A stretch of DNA of 28,172 nucleotides from Candidatus Coatesbacteria bacterium (GTDB lineage: Bacteria; B130-G9), in contig QMNL01000001.1 of NCBI GenBank assembly GCA_003647755.1, positions 1 through 28,172 on the forward strand, given 5' to 3'. A model generated the notes under the pieces. It had not been told where the DNA came from, did not search any database, and saw nothing but the letters and a program-made list of their open reading frames with translations. The number at the start of each line of letters is the position of its first letter. Within the stretch, counting starts at the first letter, position 1. Both the position numbers and the translations under genes were made by a program. Positions 17,897-26,406 of this stretch are shown piece after piece.

Positions 17897-19957
17897 TTAT
17901 TTTGGAAGCTCGAAGGAGAACTTAGTCCCGCCGTCAGGGCTGGGCTGCACCCATATCCTGCCGCCATGCCGTTCTATGATTCGTTGTGCAATAGTCAGGC
18001 CAATCCCGATACCGTCAGTTGCCTTGTGTCTAAGTCGCTTGAATGGACGGAAGACCTCGGGAATCTCGGACTCGGAAATGCCAATTCCATTGTCCTTTAC
18101 ATAGATGCAGACAGTATCAGCGGCGTTGTTATCTTCACAGCCTATCTCGACAACTGGCCGCCTCTCCTCGGTGCTGTATCTCAGCGCATTGCTGATCAGA
18201 TTCGACAGGACCTGGGCGATCTGAATCCCATCACATGACACCACTGGAAGCGCAGAAGGCCTCCTGATCTCAGCGTTCAGCTCCGCCACCTGATCCGAAT
18301 AATCTCCAAGCACATCATCCAATAGACTCGAGAGGTTACAGGGGTCCTTTTGGAGCGTTTTGGTGGTTGCTCTCGAGAGGTCCAGCAAGCTCTTCAGTAG
18401 CAGGGACATGCGCGACACATTGGCGTTTATTCGTGACAAGTAATGAAGCCCGTTTTCCCCGAGCACATCCTTGAACTCCCGTGCAAGCTTGCTCCCAAAC
18501 CCCTGAATGGAGACCAGCGGGGCCTGAAGATCGTGTGAGGCAACGTAAACGAACTCCTCTAGCTCAGCGTTCTTCGCCTCCAACTTGCGGTTTTTCTCCA
18601 TGATCTGCTGGCGGAGTCTTATGTCCTCGCTTATGTCCCTTGCAGCGCCAATTGTCCCAATAACATCACCTTTCTCATCTCGAAGTATCCCTGCCGAGAT
18701 CGTGATCGGCACGCGCCCGCTACCCTTCTTAGAAAACTCCAGTATTCTGCCGGTTATGGTCTCGGTGGGGCTGTTCAACAGCTCATCCATTATCTTACGG
18801 GCTCTTGCACGCCCTTCCTCAGGATCGTCGGAGTAAAACTCCGAGAGGCGCCTCCCCACTATCTCCCGAGGCTGGTAGCCAAACATGCGCTCGGCCCCGT
18901 CGCTGTAAAACGTTATTACGCCGTGAGCATCAGTTGCCATGATCGCTTCGGGGGTGCTGTTTATCAGATGCTTCAGACTGTCTTTTGTCTCCACCAACTC
19001 CTGTTTGAGAGTAGTCTCCTCTATCGCCCTGGCCGCCTGAGATGCGAAGAGCTCCAGTGGCCTGAGTGCATCAGCGGTTGGCACCCTTCCGTCTCTCGGG
19101 TCATCGACCGAGATCACCCCGATCAGCTTGCGGCCCCTCCCCCGTAACGGTATTAGCAGAGTGTCGTCAGGATGCCAGTCCTTCATCTCGCTTACTGGGA
19201 CCTTGCTCTCAACACCATAAATTGGAATTGTGTCGGCCAGACTATGAGGGATGTAATAAGAGCAATGGCCAATCCTGAAGCGCTCGCAAAACACCTCCTT
19301 GTTAATCCTCGGAGACCACCCCTTCGACCTAAGAAAACTCTCCTCCTTCTGAGAAACCCCTGAACACGCTATCTCACGTTTGCCCTGCTTGTCAGAAAAC
19401 CTTGAAACCACCACCCGCCGAAAATTAGAGTGCGCACGAATCGCCTCAGCAACTTTCTTCAAAACGTGCTGCAGATCGGTCTCGCCAACGATCTCGTCAC
19501 CGATCGCCGTGAAGTCCTCAAGCTGCTTAAGCTGCTTCTCTATGGTCTCTTTCGCAGCCTCCACCTCCATCGTGAGCTTCTCCGCGGGAGAGGCAAAGTG
19601 CAGAAGACAAACTGCCCCCTGCAGACCCCCGTCCATCCCGAGGCGAGGGACAAGGACCGCATCGAAGAACAGTATGTCCTTTGTGTTCAGATGCTCCAGG
19701 GAGAGAAAGTTCAACTCGACCCTCTCCCTCCCCTCGCGAAGAAGGTGCCAGGCCTCATCCCAGCTCATCTCCGCCGGCACCGGAAACAACTCTCCTATTG
19801 ACCGCTCCGAAACATCGATCGCGCCATTCCACAACTTCGACTTCGCAAACGAGTTCGCGAACACCACTCGCCCAGCCTCGTCCAGGATTAGAATACCGTC
19901 AAGGACCTCGTCCAAAAGCCTGTTTGACAGGTGAAAAGCTATGTCCGGCTGAACCAT
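17897..19957 (-). CDS. PAS-GAF-PAS sensor histidine kinase
   Basis: Two PAS-like regions, a GAF (LLIPL...IGVISVDDP...LELFASQAARAI), H-box ASHDLQAPL, QVLSNLISNALRY, DNGIG, FRPFKRL, GIGIGL and HGGRIWV. No TM helices are evident, so it is probably cytoplasmic. Confidence 0.92.
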   Translation of the reverse strand: MVQPDIAFHLSNRLLDEVLDGILILDEAGRVVFANSFAKSKLWNGAIDVSERSIGELFPVPAEMSWDEAWHLLREGRERVELNFLSLEHLNTKDILFFDAVLVPRLGMDGGLQGAVCLLHFASPAEKLTMEVEAAKETIEKQLKQLEDFTAIGDEIVGETDLQHVLKKVAEAIRAHSNFRRVVVSRFSDKQGKREIACSGVSQKEESFLRSKGWSPRINKEVFCERFRIGHCSYYIPHSLADTIPIYGVESKVPVSEMKDWHPDDTLLIPLRGRGRKLIGVISVDDPRDGRVPTADALRPLELFASQAARAIEETTLKQELVETKDSLKHLINSTPEAIMATDAHGVITFYSDGAERMFGYQPREIVGRRLSEFYSDDPEEGRARARKIMDELLNSPTETITGRILEFSKKGSGRVPITISAGILRDEKGDVIGTIGAARDISEDIRLRQQIMEKNRKLEAKNAELEEFVYVASHDLQAPLVSIQGFGSKLAREFKDVLGENGLHYLSRINANVSRMSLLLKSLLDLSRATTKTLQKDPCNLSSLLDDVLGDYSDQVAELNAEIRRPSALPVVSCDGIQIAQVLSNLISNALRYSTEERRPVVEIGCEDNNAADTVCIYVKDNGIGISESEIPEVFRPFKRLRHKATDGIGIGLTIAQRIIERHGGRIWVQPSPDGGTKFSFELPK

Positions 19958-19981
19958 TTTCCCCGTAAATCCCTCTGCAAG

Positions 19982-20929
19982 TCAGCCCGATTGCCGCTCA
20001 AAGGCCGATGTCCGGTTCTTCCCGGAGGCTTTAGCGACGTATAGGCTGTCGTCTGCTGTCTCCACGAGCTGCGCAGAGCTTCCCATTTTGTTGTCCAAGG
20101 ATGTAACCCCAAAACTCGCAGTTATTGAGAAGGGCGTATTGTTACGGCCTGTGAACCGCAGCCCTTCTATCTTCTTCCGAAGCCGCTCTGCAATCGCACA
20201 GGCGCTCGCCCTGTCCGTCTCTGGAAGGATAACCACTATCTCCTCCCCACCGTATCTCGCCGGCAGGTCAGATGCCCTCATCTCCTGCTTCAAAGCCCTC
20301 GACAAAGTGGAAAGCACCAAGTCGCCCACCTGATGACCGTGCAAATCGTTCACTTCTTTGAAGTCGTCTATGTCCAGCATGATCAGGCTCAACGGCGACA
20401 TGTACCTCCTCGCTCGCCGGAACTCCGCCCGCAAGCGCTCCTGAAAATAACGGTGGTTGTAAAGCCGCGTCAATCCATCAACGATGGCGAGCCGCTCCAT
20501 CTTCTTGACCTCTTGCGACAGTCTCTCATTGGCAGACAGCAGGTCCCGGTAGACTCTGATCCGCCGGATTTGGACATCCACCCTGGCCGAGAGGTCCTCG
20601 ATCTCAAACGGCTTGACAACGTAGTCAACAGCCCCTCGCCTCAACCAACTGGTCCTGTCCTCCAGCCCGTTCATCGCGCTCAGAACAATGACGGGAATCA
20701 GCCTGTCTGCCAAAGGCTCCAGGCAGCGATCGTCAGGTGGGCTTTTCAAACCATCTACGCTGTAAACAACTAGATCAACGGGTTCTCTCGCAGCAGCCCG
20801 GGCACCCTCCTGAAGGCTGTCAAAACTCACCACGCTGCGATCTCGGGACGACAGCGATCGCTCCAGAAATTCCCGCATCAGAGCGCCACTTCCCACCGAA
20901 AACAGTAACTCTTTGTCCTGCTCCATCAT
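19982..20929 (-). CDS. Diguanylate cyclase with an N-terminal atypical receiver domain
   Basis: DGLTRLYNHRYF, LIMLDIDDFKEVND.HGH.VGD, I-site RASD, ARYGGEEI, TASFG and ADDSLYVAKASGKN. The start was moved from TTG 21040 to ATG 20929 (MMEQDK) because a promoter lies within the extension. Confidence 0.88.
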   Translation of the reverse strand: MMEQDKELLFSVGSGALMREFLERSLSSRDRSVVSFDSLQEGARAAAREPVDLVVYSVDGLKSPPDDRCLEPLADRLIPVIVLSAMNGLEDRTSWLRRGAVDYVVKPFEIEDLSARVDVQIRRIRVYRDLLSANERLSQEVKKMERLAIVDGLTRLYNHRYFQERLRAEFRRARRYMSPLSLIMLDIDDFKEVNDLHGHQVGDLVLSTLSRALKQEMRASDLPARYGGEEIVVILPETDRASACAIAERLRKKIEGLRFTGRNNTPFSITASFGVTSLDNKMGSSAQLVETADDSLYVAKASGKNRTSAFERQSG

Positions 20930-21017
20930 CACCAGCCGGACCGTAAGTTTAAGATTGAAATGCAGCAAAGCCAGAAACAACAATGGACACCATCGATCCT
21001 GTTGTTTCCCTCGAACG

Positions 21018-21047
21018 AAACTACGGCAATCTTTAGCCACTTGTCAA
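21018..21047 (-). promoter_or_regulatory. Possible sigma70-type promoter for the signalling operon
   Basis: The minus strand reads TTGACA (21047-21042), an 18-nt spacer, then TAGTTT (21023-21018). Confidence 0.45.
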
Positions 21048-21274
21048 CATTCTGCCTGCTATCAAGCCATGCGAAAGACCGCTTCCCCACTATCCTGTAA
21101 GGCTTGACACCAAAGGACCCAGATGCACTTTTCGGCCTGGTTTTCATGCGCCCAATCGCCAGCCGCAGTAATCAGATTGATGGCAAGGCAGATGGTGGGA
21201 TGAACACGCTTTGCCGGTGCGCAGAGGCAATGAGTTAGGCAGGCATCGGTCTGTAAGTTACACCCGTTGGGTGA

Positions 21275-21412
21275 CTTTGGAGTGCGGCGGCTTGACGCCG
21301 CTTTCACTTGCGGTGGCTTGCCACATAGACAGCTTCATCTCTTTCCGAAAGCGATTGCTGCAGCGATGATTGACATAGGACCGATGTCGCGTCAAGCCGC
21401 CGCACTCCAAAG
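21275..21412. repeat. Inverted REP-like doublet, family B
   Basis: Perfect 24-bp inverted repeat CTTTGGAGTGCGGCGGCTTGACGC (21275-21298) and GCGTCAAGCCGCCGCACTCCAAAG (21389-21412) with a 90-nt spacer. The left copy continues as the hairpin GCGGC-GGCTTGAC-GCCGC followed by TTT. Confidence 0.85.
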
Positions 21413-21460
21413 GGCTACAACCATCTGCATCAATCTGATTATTGGGGCCAGGGAGACTCG

Positions 21461-21489
21461 TTGACTACATTACGCGATTATCCCATCAT
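21461..21489 (+). promoter_or_regulatory. Possible sigma70-type promoter for rsmE
   Basis: TTGACT (21461-21466), a 17-nt spacer, then CATCAT (21484-21489). Confidence 0.4.
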
Positions 21490-21587
21490 ACAGGCAAATG
21501 GGAGAATACACTTATGTCTAATTGGGCCTACGTGCAGGTCAGACACGCCTTGCACTACTAACTTACAGACCGCCTGACCTGACAAGA

Positions 21588-22346
21588 ATGAGACTCCATC
21601 GGATCTTCGTTGATCGCTCGATGGTTGCCGGCGGTAAAGCGGCGATCGTCGGCCCCGAGGCGCACCATGTAAGGACAGTGCTTCGCCTCAAGCCCGGCGA
21701 CAGGCTGATTGGGTGCGACGGGCTCGGAAGCGACTATCTTCTCCGAATAGAGCGGTCCGGTCCTGACGCACTTGTCTGCGAGGTGCTAAGTATCATGCAG
21801 CCTCAGAGTCCTGAATGCCGTAGCAGGATCGTCCTAATGCAATGTTGCCTCTCAAGCGGCAAGATGGAACAGGTTGTGGACAGGGCAATTCAGCTGGGTG
21901 TTTCGGGAATCGTTCCGATCGTTTCCGAAAAGTCGAAGTTCCGCGGGGACGAAAAACAGTTCAACAGGAAGGTCGAGAGATGGCGGCGGATTGCCAGATC
22001 GTCGGCGCTTCAATGTGGCCGTGCGCATTTTCCTGTCATAGAGCCGATCTCACCGCTGATGCATGCTATCAAAACGCCGATTGACAACGCCGTGAGACTC
22101 TTGTTTACGACGGACACTAAAGCAAGGTCGGCCCGCCAAGTATTGCCGGGTCTGCTCTCGTCTCCTTCAGAACGTCAGGTCGTTTATCTGCTGATTGGCC
22201 CTGAGGCGGGTCTCTCTCCAGTCGAGCGAAAGACCATCATTGAACATGGCTTCACCGCGGTCATGGCGGGTAGGCGCATACTCCGAGCCGAGATGGCGCC
22301 GATCGTCGCACTTGCCCTCGTGCTTTATCACCTCGGCGAGCTGTAG
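21588..22346 (+). CDS. rsmE: 16S rRNA m3U1498 methyltransferase
   Basis: MRLHRIFV, HHVRTVLRLKPGD, KMEQVVDRAIQLGV, QCGR, LIGPEAGLS and GRRILRAEMA. The start is at in-frame ATG 21588 rather than TTG 21522. Confidence 0.93.
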   Translation: MRLHRIFVDRSMVAGGKAAIVGPEAHHVRTVLRLKPGDRLIGCDGLGSDYLLRIERSGPDALVCEVLSIMQPQSPECRSRIVLMQCCLSSGKMEQVVDRAIQLGVSGIVPIVSEKSKFRGDEKQFNRKVERWRRIARSSALQCGRAHFPVIEPISPLMHAIKTPIDNAVRLLFTTDTKARSARQVLPGLLSSPSERQVVYLLIGPEAGLSPVERKTIIEHGFTAVMAGRRILRAEMAPIVALALVLYHLGEL

Positions 22347-22566
22347 TGCCTCGTCGGTCGATGCTCTCAGCGTTCACGGCCTTCTCCCCGCATCCTGCCC
22401 CCTGGCCGCTCAGCTGGCCAGCACACGGGCGACCGACTCGTCCATGCACTCTCGTGGGCCCAGCTCTTTGCATCAAAGCACAGATGTGTGGTAAAAGACA
22501 TCCTGACCTTCTATTCAACAGTGGGCAATCGCGGGAGCGTTTTTCAGGAACTTATTTGGAGCGGCT

Positions 22567-23016
22567 ATGATAGTAAGTGTGATTGGTGGGCATCGATGTT
22601 CAAAAGAGATTGGATTGATCGCCTTCGAGGTTGGCAAGGTGATCGCAGAGAACGGTCATGTCTTGGTGTGCGGCGGGCTTACCGGGGTGATGGAGCAGGC
22701 GTGCAGGGGAGCGAAATCTGTTGGGGGGACGACGATAGGAATCATCCCAAGCGCAAAGAAGGACGACGCCAATCCCTATGTTGACATCGTGATCCCGACT
22801 GGGATTGGTCTGGCAAGGAACATGATCGTCGTGCTCGCCGGCGATGTTGTTGTTGCGGTTGACGGCAGTTATGGCACCTTGTCCGAGATTGCCTACGCCC
22901 TCCAGTTCAATAGGAAAGCGTTTGCGCTGAGGACTAAGTGGCACGTCTCCGGAGCGGTCGAGGAACTCAATGAGGTTTCGGAGCTTGGGGAGAGACTCAA
23001 GGAGATGAGCTGTTAA
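22567..23016 (+). CDS. TIGR00725-family (LOG/SLOG superfamily) protein
   Basis: SVIGG, LVCGGLTGVMEQACRGAK..GG.TIGIIP, ANPYVDIVIPTGIG.ARN and GSYGTLSEIAYAL. Confidence 0.9.
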   Translation: MIVSVIGGHRCSKEIGLIAFEVGKVIAENGHVLVCGGLTGVMEQACRGAKSVGGTTIGIIPSAKKDDANPYVDIVIPTGIGLARNMIVVLAGDVVVAVDGSYGTLSEIAYALQFNRKAFALRTKWHVSGAVEELNEVSELGERLKEMSC

Positions 23017-23080
23017 TATGTTTCGTTGTGAAGTTAGGTGAGCCTGGGTTGGCGGGCGACAACGGAGCAGGAGGCCGCAA

Positions 23081-23365
23081 ATGGCGAAAGTAGCTGCAAA
23101 GATATATATTGAGGGTTTTGTTCAGGGCATTGGATTTCGGCAATATGCATACAGGAAGTCCCAGGAGTGCGGAGTTCAGGGATATGTTCGTAATCTTAGG
23201 GATGGGCGGGTCCAGGTTTACGCCGAGGGGGACCAGGAGGCGATGGATAGTTTCCTCATGCTGCTCAGGCGAGGCCCGGTTGGGGCCCGTGTCAAGTCGA
23301 TGCAGGTGTTGCAGGCGCCCTACACTGGAAAGTATAAAGAGTTTTCGATTCTGTTCGATATTTAG
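23081..23365 (+). CDS. acyP: Acylphosphatase
   Basis: GFVQGIGFR, GYVRNLRDGRV and RGP..ARV; SD AGGAGG upstream. Confidence 0.93.
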   Translation: MAKVAAKIYIEGFVQGIGFRQYAYRKSQECGVQGYVRNLRDGRVQVYAEGDQEAMDSFLMLLRRGPVGARVKSMQVLQAPYTGKYKEFSILFDI

Positions 23366-23447
23366 TCAAGTGTGTTGTATCCTGTCTGCTGGTGCAAAGC
23401 TCGCAGGCCTTTTGGTGTTGAGTGCGTATAATGCCTAGGAAGTTACT

Positions 23448-23960
23448 ATGGATTTGAATGAGTTGTTGCGAGATGTTCCCGATTTCCCCAAACCAGGGAT
23501 AGTATTCAAAGACATAACCCCCATTCTGGCGGACGGTAAGGCCTTTAGGGAGGCAGTTGACAGAACTGTCGAGGGGCTAGCCCCCGACGATGTCGATGCG
23601 GTCGTTGGAGTTGAGGCGCGGGGCTTCATCTTCGCCGCTGCGGCGTCTTACAAGTTGGGCTGTGGGCTTCTGATCGTGCGCAAGCCGGGGAAGCTTCCCG
23701 CTGCGACCGTTTCTGAGTCTTACGCGCTAGAGTATGGAACCGATACACTGGAAATACACAGAGATGCCGTGAGGCCGGGGATGAGGCTTGTTCTGATCGA
23801 TGACCTGTTGGCTACCGGTGGGACCCTCGCCGCAACTGCACGGTTGGTAGAGCGCTTGGGTGGCAAGGTAGTGGGAATCAGGTTCTTGATAGAGCTGACT
23901 TTCCTGGCCGGGCGCAGCAAGCTCAAGGGCTATGACGTGAGGTCGATCATCAAGGTATGA
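23448..23960 (+). CDS. apt: Adenine phosphoribosyltransferase
   Basis: VPDFPKPGIVFKDITP, EARGF, RKPGKLP, YALEYGTD and the PRPP motif LIDDLLATGGT. Confidence 0.96.
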   Translation: MDLNELLRDVPDFPKPGIVFKDITPILADGKAFREAVDRTVEGLAPDDVDAVVGVEARGFIFAAAASYKLGCGLLIVRKPGKLPAATVSESYALEYGTDTLEIHRDAVRPGMRLVLIDDLLATGGTLAATARLVERLGGKVVGIRFLIELTFLAGRSKLKGYDVRSIIKV

Positions 23961-23997
23961 GAAAATCAAGGGCAGAATTGTTTGAGGCAATGACACA

Positions 23998-24357
23998 GTG
24001 CAAGTAGACGTTTCCGAACAGGATGGGACGAAGATCGTAACGGTCTCGGGACGGGTGGAGCAACCTGGGAGCCGTAAACTTCGGGAGGCTCTTGAAATGC
24101 TTGTATCAGGCGAAAAGCCGAAGATTGCGGCTGACCTTTCACAGGTGAACTACCTTGACAGCAGCGCGTTGGGCGTTCTGGTCTCCACATTGAAATCAGC
24201 CAAGAGCCGGGGCGGAGACCTGAGGCTTTCTGGGCTGCACGACATGGTGATGGATGTCTTCAGGATCACGCGGCTTTCAAGCATCTTCCAGATATATCCA
24301 ACTCTTTCCGACGCCCTGAACTGTTTTAAAGAGGAGACCGGTTTGCCATCTGGGTAA
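23998..24357 (+). CDS. STAS-domain anti-sigma factor antagonist
   Basis: DLSQVNYLDSSALGVLV (conserved phosphorylatable Ser), GGDLRL and VFRITRL. GTG start. Confidence 0.88.
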   Translation: MQVDVSEQDGTKIVTVSGRVEQPGSRKLREALEMLVSGEKPKIAADLSQVNYLDSSALGVLVSTLKSAKSRGGDLRLSGLHDMVMDVFRITRLSSIFQIYPTLSDALNCFKEETGLPSG

Positions 24358-24363
24358 CAACGA

Positions 24364-25422
24364 ATGGCAAACAAGAAGAGGCTCGACCCCAGCACTTTCA
24401 ACATACCCGAGGACAGCATCCGCGCTGGGCATTATACGGACAAATACTTCGTCCGGGCGCGCGAGATACTGAAGAGAGATGGCCGCCACCCGAAGGTTCT
24501 GATGCAGATCTTCCAGAAAGACGACGTTATCGTCTGCGGCACGGACGAGGCGATCGGCATCATCAAGCGTTGTGCGGACAAGCCGGAGAGCATCAAGATA
24601 ATGTCTCTTCAAGACGGCGAATCGGCTAAGCCTTACGAGACCGTGATGACAATCGAGGGCGATTACGCCTCGTTTGCTCACTTGGAGACGCTTTATCTCG
24701 GCGTCCTGGCTCGGCAGACGAAGGTAGCGACGAACACACGCCGGGCAGTAGAGGCGGCCGGAGGCAAACAGGTGCTCTTTTTTTCTGCCCGGTTTGATCA
24801 TTTTTTGAACCAACCGGGCGATGGGTATGCTGCGCACATAGGAGGGGCTGCTGCTGTCTCGACAGACGCACAGGGCATGTGGTTTGATCAGGAGGGCATA
24901 GGCACGCTCCCGCACGGCCTCATCGCCGCGTACGACGGCGATACTGTGAAGGCGACACGGAAGTTCGCGGACTTAATGCCCGAGCCCGTGCGGGTTATCT
25001 CGCTGGTTGATTTCGACAACGACTCAGTCGGGACGTCGCTTGCGGTGGCCAGGGCGCTCGGCAAGCGCCTGTGGGGCGTTCGGCTGGACACCGCGGGGAC
25101 GATGGTGGACCGGTCGGTCGTGCCACAGATGTCCGACTTTGACCCGACCGGGGTCAACGAGGTCCTCGTTCGGAACGTCAGAACTGCGTTGGACACCGAG
25201 GGATTTGGCTACGTCAAGATCGTCGTCAGCGGCGGCTTCACGGCTGAGAAGATAGCACGGTTTGAGGCGAATAACGTCCCCGTGGATGCTTACGGCGTGG
25301 GTAGCTCGCTGCTCAGGGGGTCCTTCGACTACACGGCGGACGTCGTCGTGGTCAATGGCCGGCCCTGTGCGAAGGTTGGGCGCCGCTTTCGACCAAACCC
25401 CCGGCTGAAGCTGGTGAAGTAG
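24364..25422 (+). CDS. pncB: Nicotinate phosphoribosyltransferase (compact type II PRTase, NAPRTase/QAPRTase fold)
   Basis: YTDKYF, LETLYLG.LAR..KVATN, ARFDH, GTLPH (putative phospho-His), LVDFDND, GVRLDT, IVVSGG and AYGVGS. Confidence 0.8.
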   Translation: MANKKRLDPSTFNIPEDSIRAGHYTDKYFVRAREILKRDGRHPKVLMQIFQKDDVIVCGTDEAIGIIKRCADKPESIKIMSLQDGESAKPYETVMTIEGDYASFAHLETLYLGVLARQTKVATNTRRAVEAAGGKQVLFFSARFDHFLNQPGDGYAAHIGGAAAVSTDAQGMWFDQEGIGTLPHGLIAAYDGDTVKATRKFADLMPEPVRVISLVDFDNDSVGTSLAVARALGKRLWGVRLDTAGTMVDRSVVPQMSDFDPTGVNEVLVRNVRTALDTEGFGYVKIVVSGGFTAEKIARFEANNVPVDAYGVGSSLLRGSFDYTADVVVVNGRPCAKVGRRFRPNPRLKLVK

Positions 25423-25593
25423 CTCTGCGCGCACAGATAAAAGACAGCTGACTGTGATTCCGGTGCGGACCAAATCCTGCCGGATGGGCCCAGGTCCCGG
25501 CAAGCCTATGTTGCGCCTAATACAAACTTATGGGACGTCAGAGTTCGACAATCTGCGGCGCGACCACACTGCCCTGCCTGCGAGATACGAACC

Positions 25594-26406
25594 TTAGGGA
25601 GCTTGCTCGGCCAGGCCTCTGGCGGGATTCTCTCTTCCGAATATGACTTGGAGGTGATACTCCAAGAAAGTTTTTTCAATCTTATGCTTTTGCAGGATTA
25701 GAGGCTTTCCGATTCCAGCCACGCTCGGGTCAATGCTGACAAGGCTGGAATCAGAAGGGGCCAGCCCTATAACCCCATAGTCGAACATCGCGTGGTGCAG
25801 AGGGCATAGGGCAATGAGGTTACCCTCCACATCATCTCCGTTGTGAGGTGCACCCAGCGGCCGGATGTGGTGCATCTCGCAGTAGCCCAGGCCCCCAGGC
25901 AAAGCAAATGTGTAGCCACATATCTGACACCGGTAGTCATAGAGCCCCTTCATGAAACGTGCTAGCGCGGTGTCACGTATTATCCTATTGATGGTCACGG
26001 TCCTCCTGGTCAGGTCATGGGTTCGCCGCGACGCGCCCACCGTTTCGAAAGGCGTCTCGCCAACATCAGACGCCTTCCGGCTCTTAAGCGCCGCCCAGTG
26101 CTGTTTCCAGTGTCGGAAGGCCTTTAACCCTTTACTAGACCAATACTCGCTTGAGGGATTGAAGTCCAGACCGCTCACCTGTTTCACGTATTCGATGAAA
26201 ACAGAGGCGCTGCTGTGCATTAGTCCTCTCGCCTGCGTTTCCCGAAGGTCAATTTCGAGCTTATCGTGGAAGTAGCCAAGTAGTTTCTGGACTAACGAAA
26301 CCTCCTCCCCAGCCAACCTTGTCTCCAGAATCTCAAGATAAAACTCAAAGCCCAACTCAACAGCGGATGGATTTCTTCGCCAGGGGATTCTCTCCAGCGT
26401 GCTCAC
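25594..26406 (-). CDS. HNH endonuclease with an uncharacterised N-terminal domain (putative restriction enzyme)
   Basis: C-terminal RIIRDTALA..MK.LYDYRCQICG...EMHHIRPLGAPHNG.D...NLIALCPLHHAMFD. Strong SD AGGAGGTG before GTG 26406. Confidence 0.85.
   Translation of the reverse strand: MSTLERIPWRRNPSAVELGFEFYLEILETRLAGEEVSLVQKLLGYFHDKLEIDLRETQARGLMHSSASVFIEYVKQVSGLDFNPSSEYWSSKGLKAFRHWKQHWAALKSRKASDVGETPFETVGASRRTHDLTRRTVTINRIIRDTALARFMKGLYDYRCQICGYTFALPGGLGYCEMHHIRPLGAPHNGDDVEGNLIALCPLHHAMFDYGVIGLAPSDSSLVSIDPSVAGIGKPLILQKHKIEKTFLEYHLQVIFGRENPARGLAEQAP

Noticed and set aside
20930-21587. Small ORFs in the DGC-rsmE intergenic region (20929-21147, 21062-21307, 21267-21464) and the TTG extensions of DGC and RsmE
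   Set aside because: They have no motifs or SD sequences and they cross promoters and the REP-like doublet.
22346-22566. Possible small gene or RNA between rsmE and the TIGR00725 gene
   Set aside because: Only short palindromes (e.g. GCTGGCCAGC) and unsupported ORFs are present.
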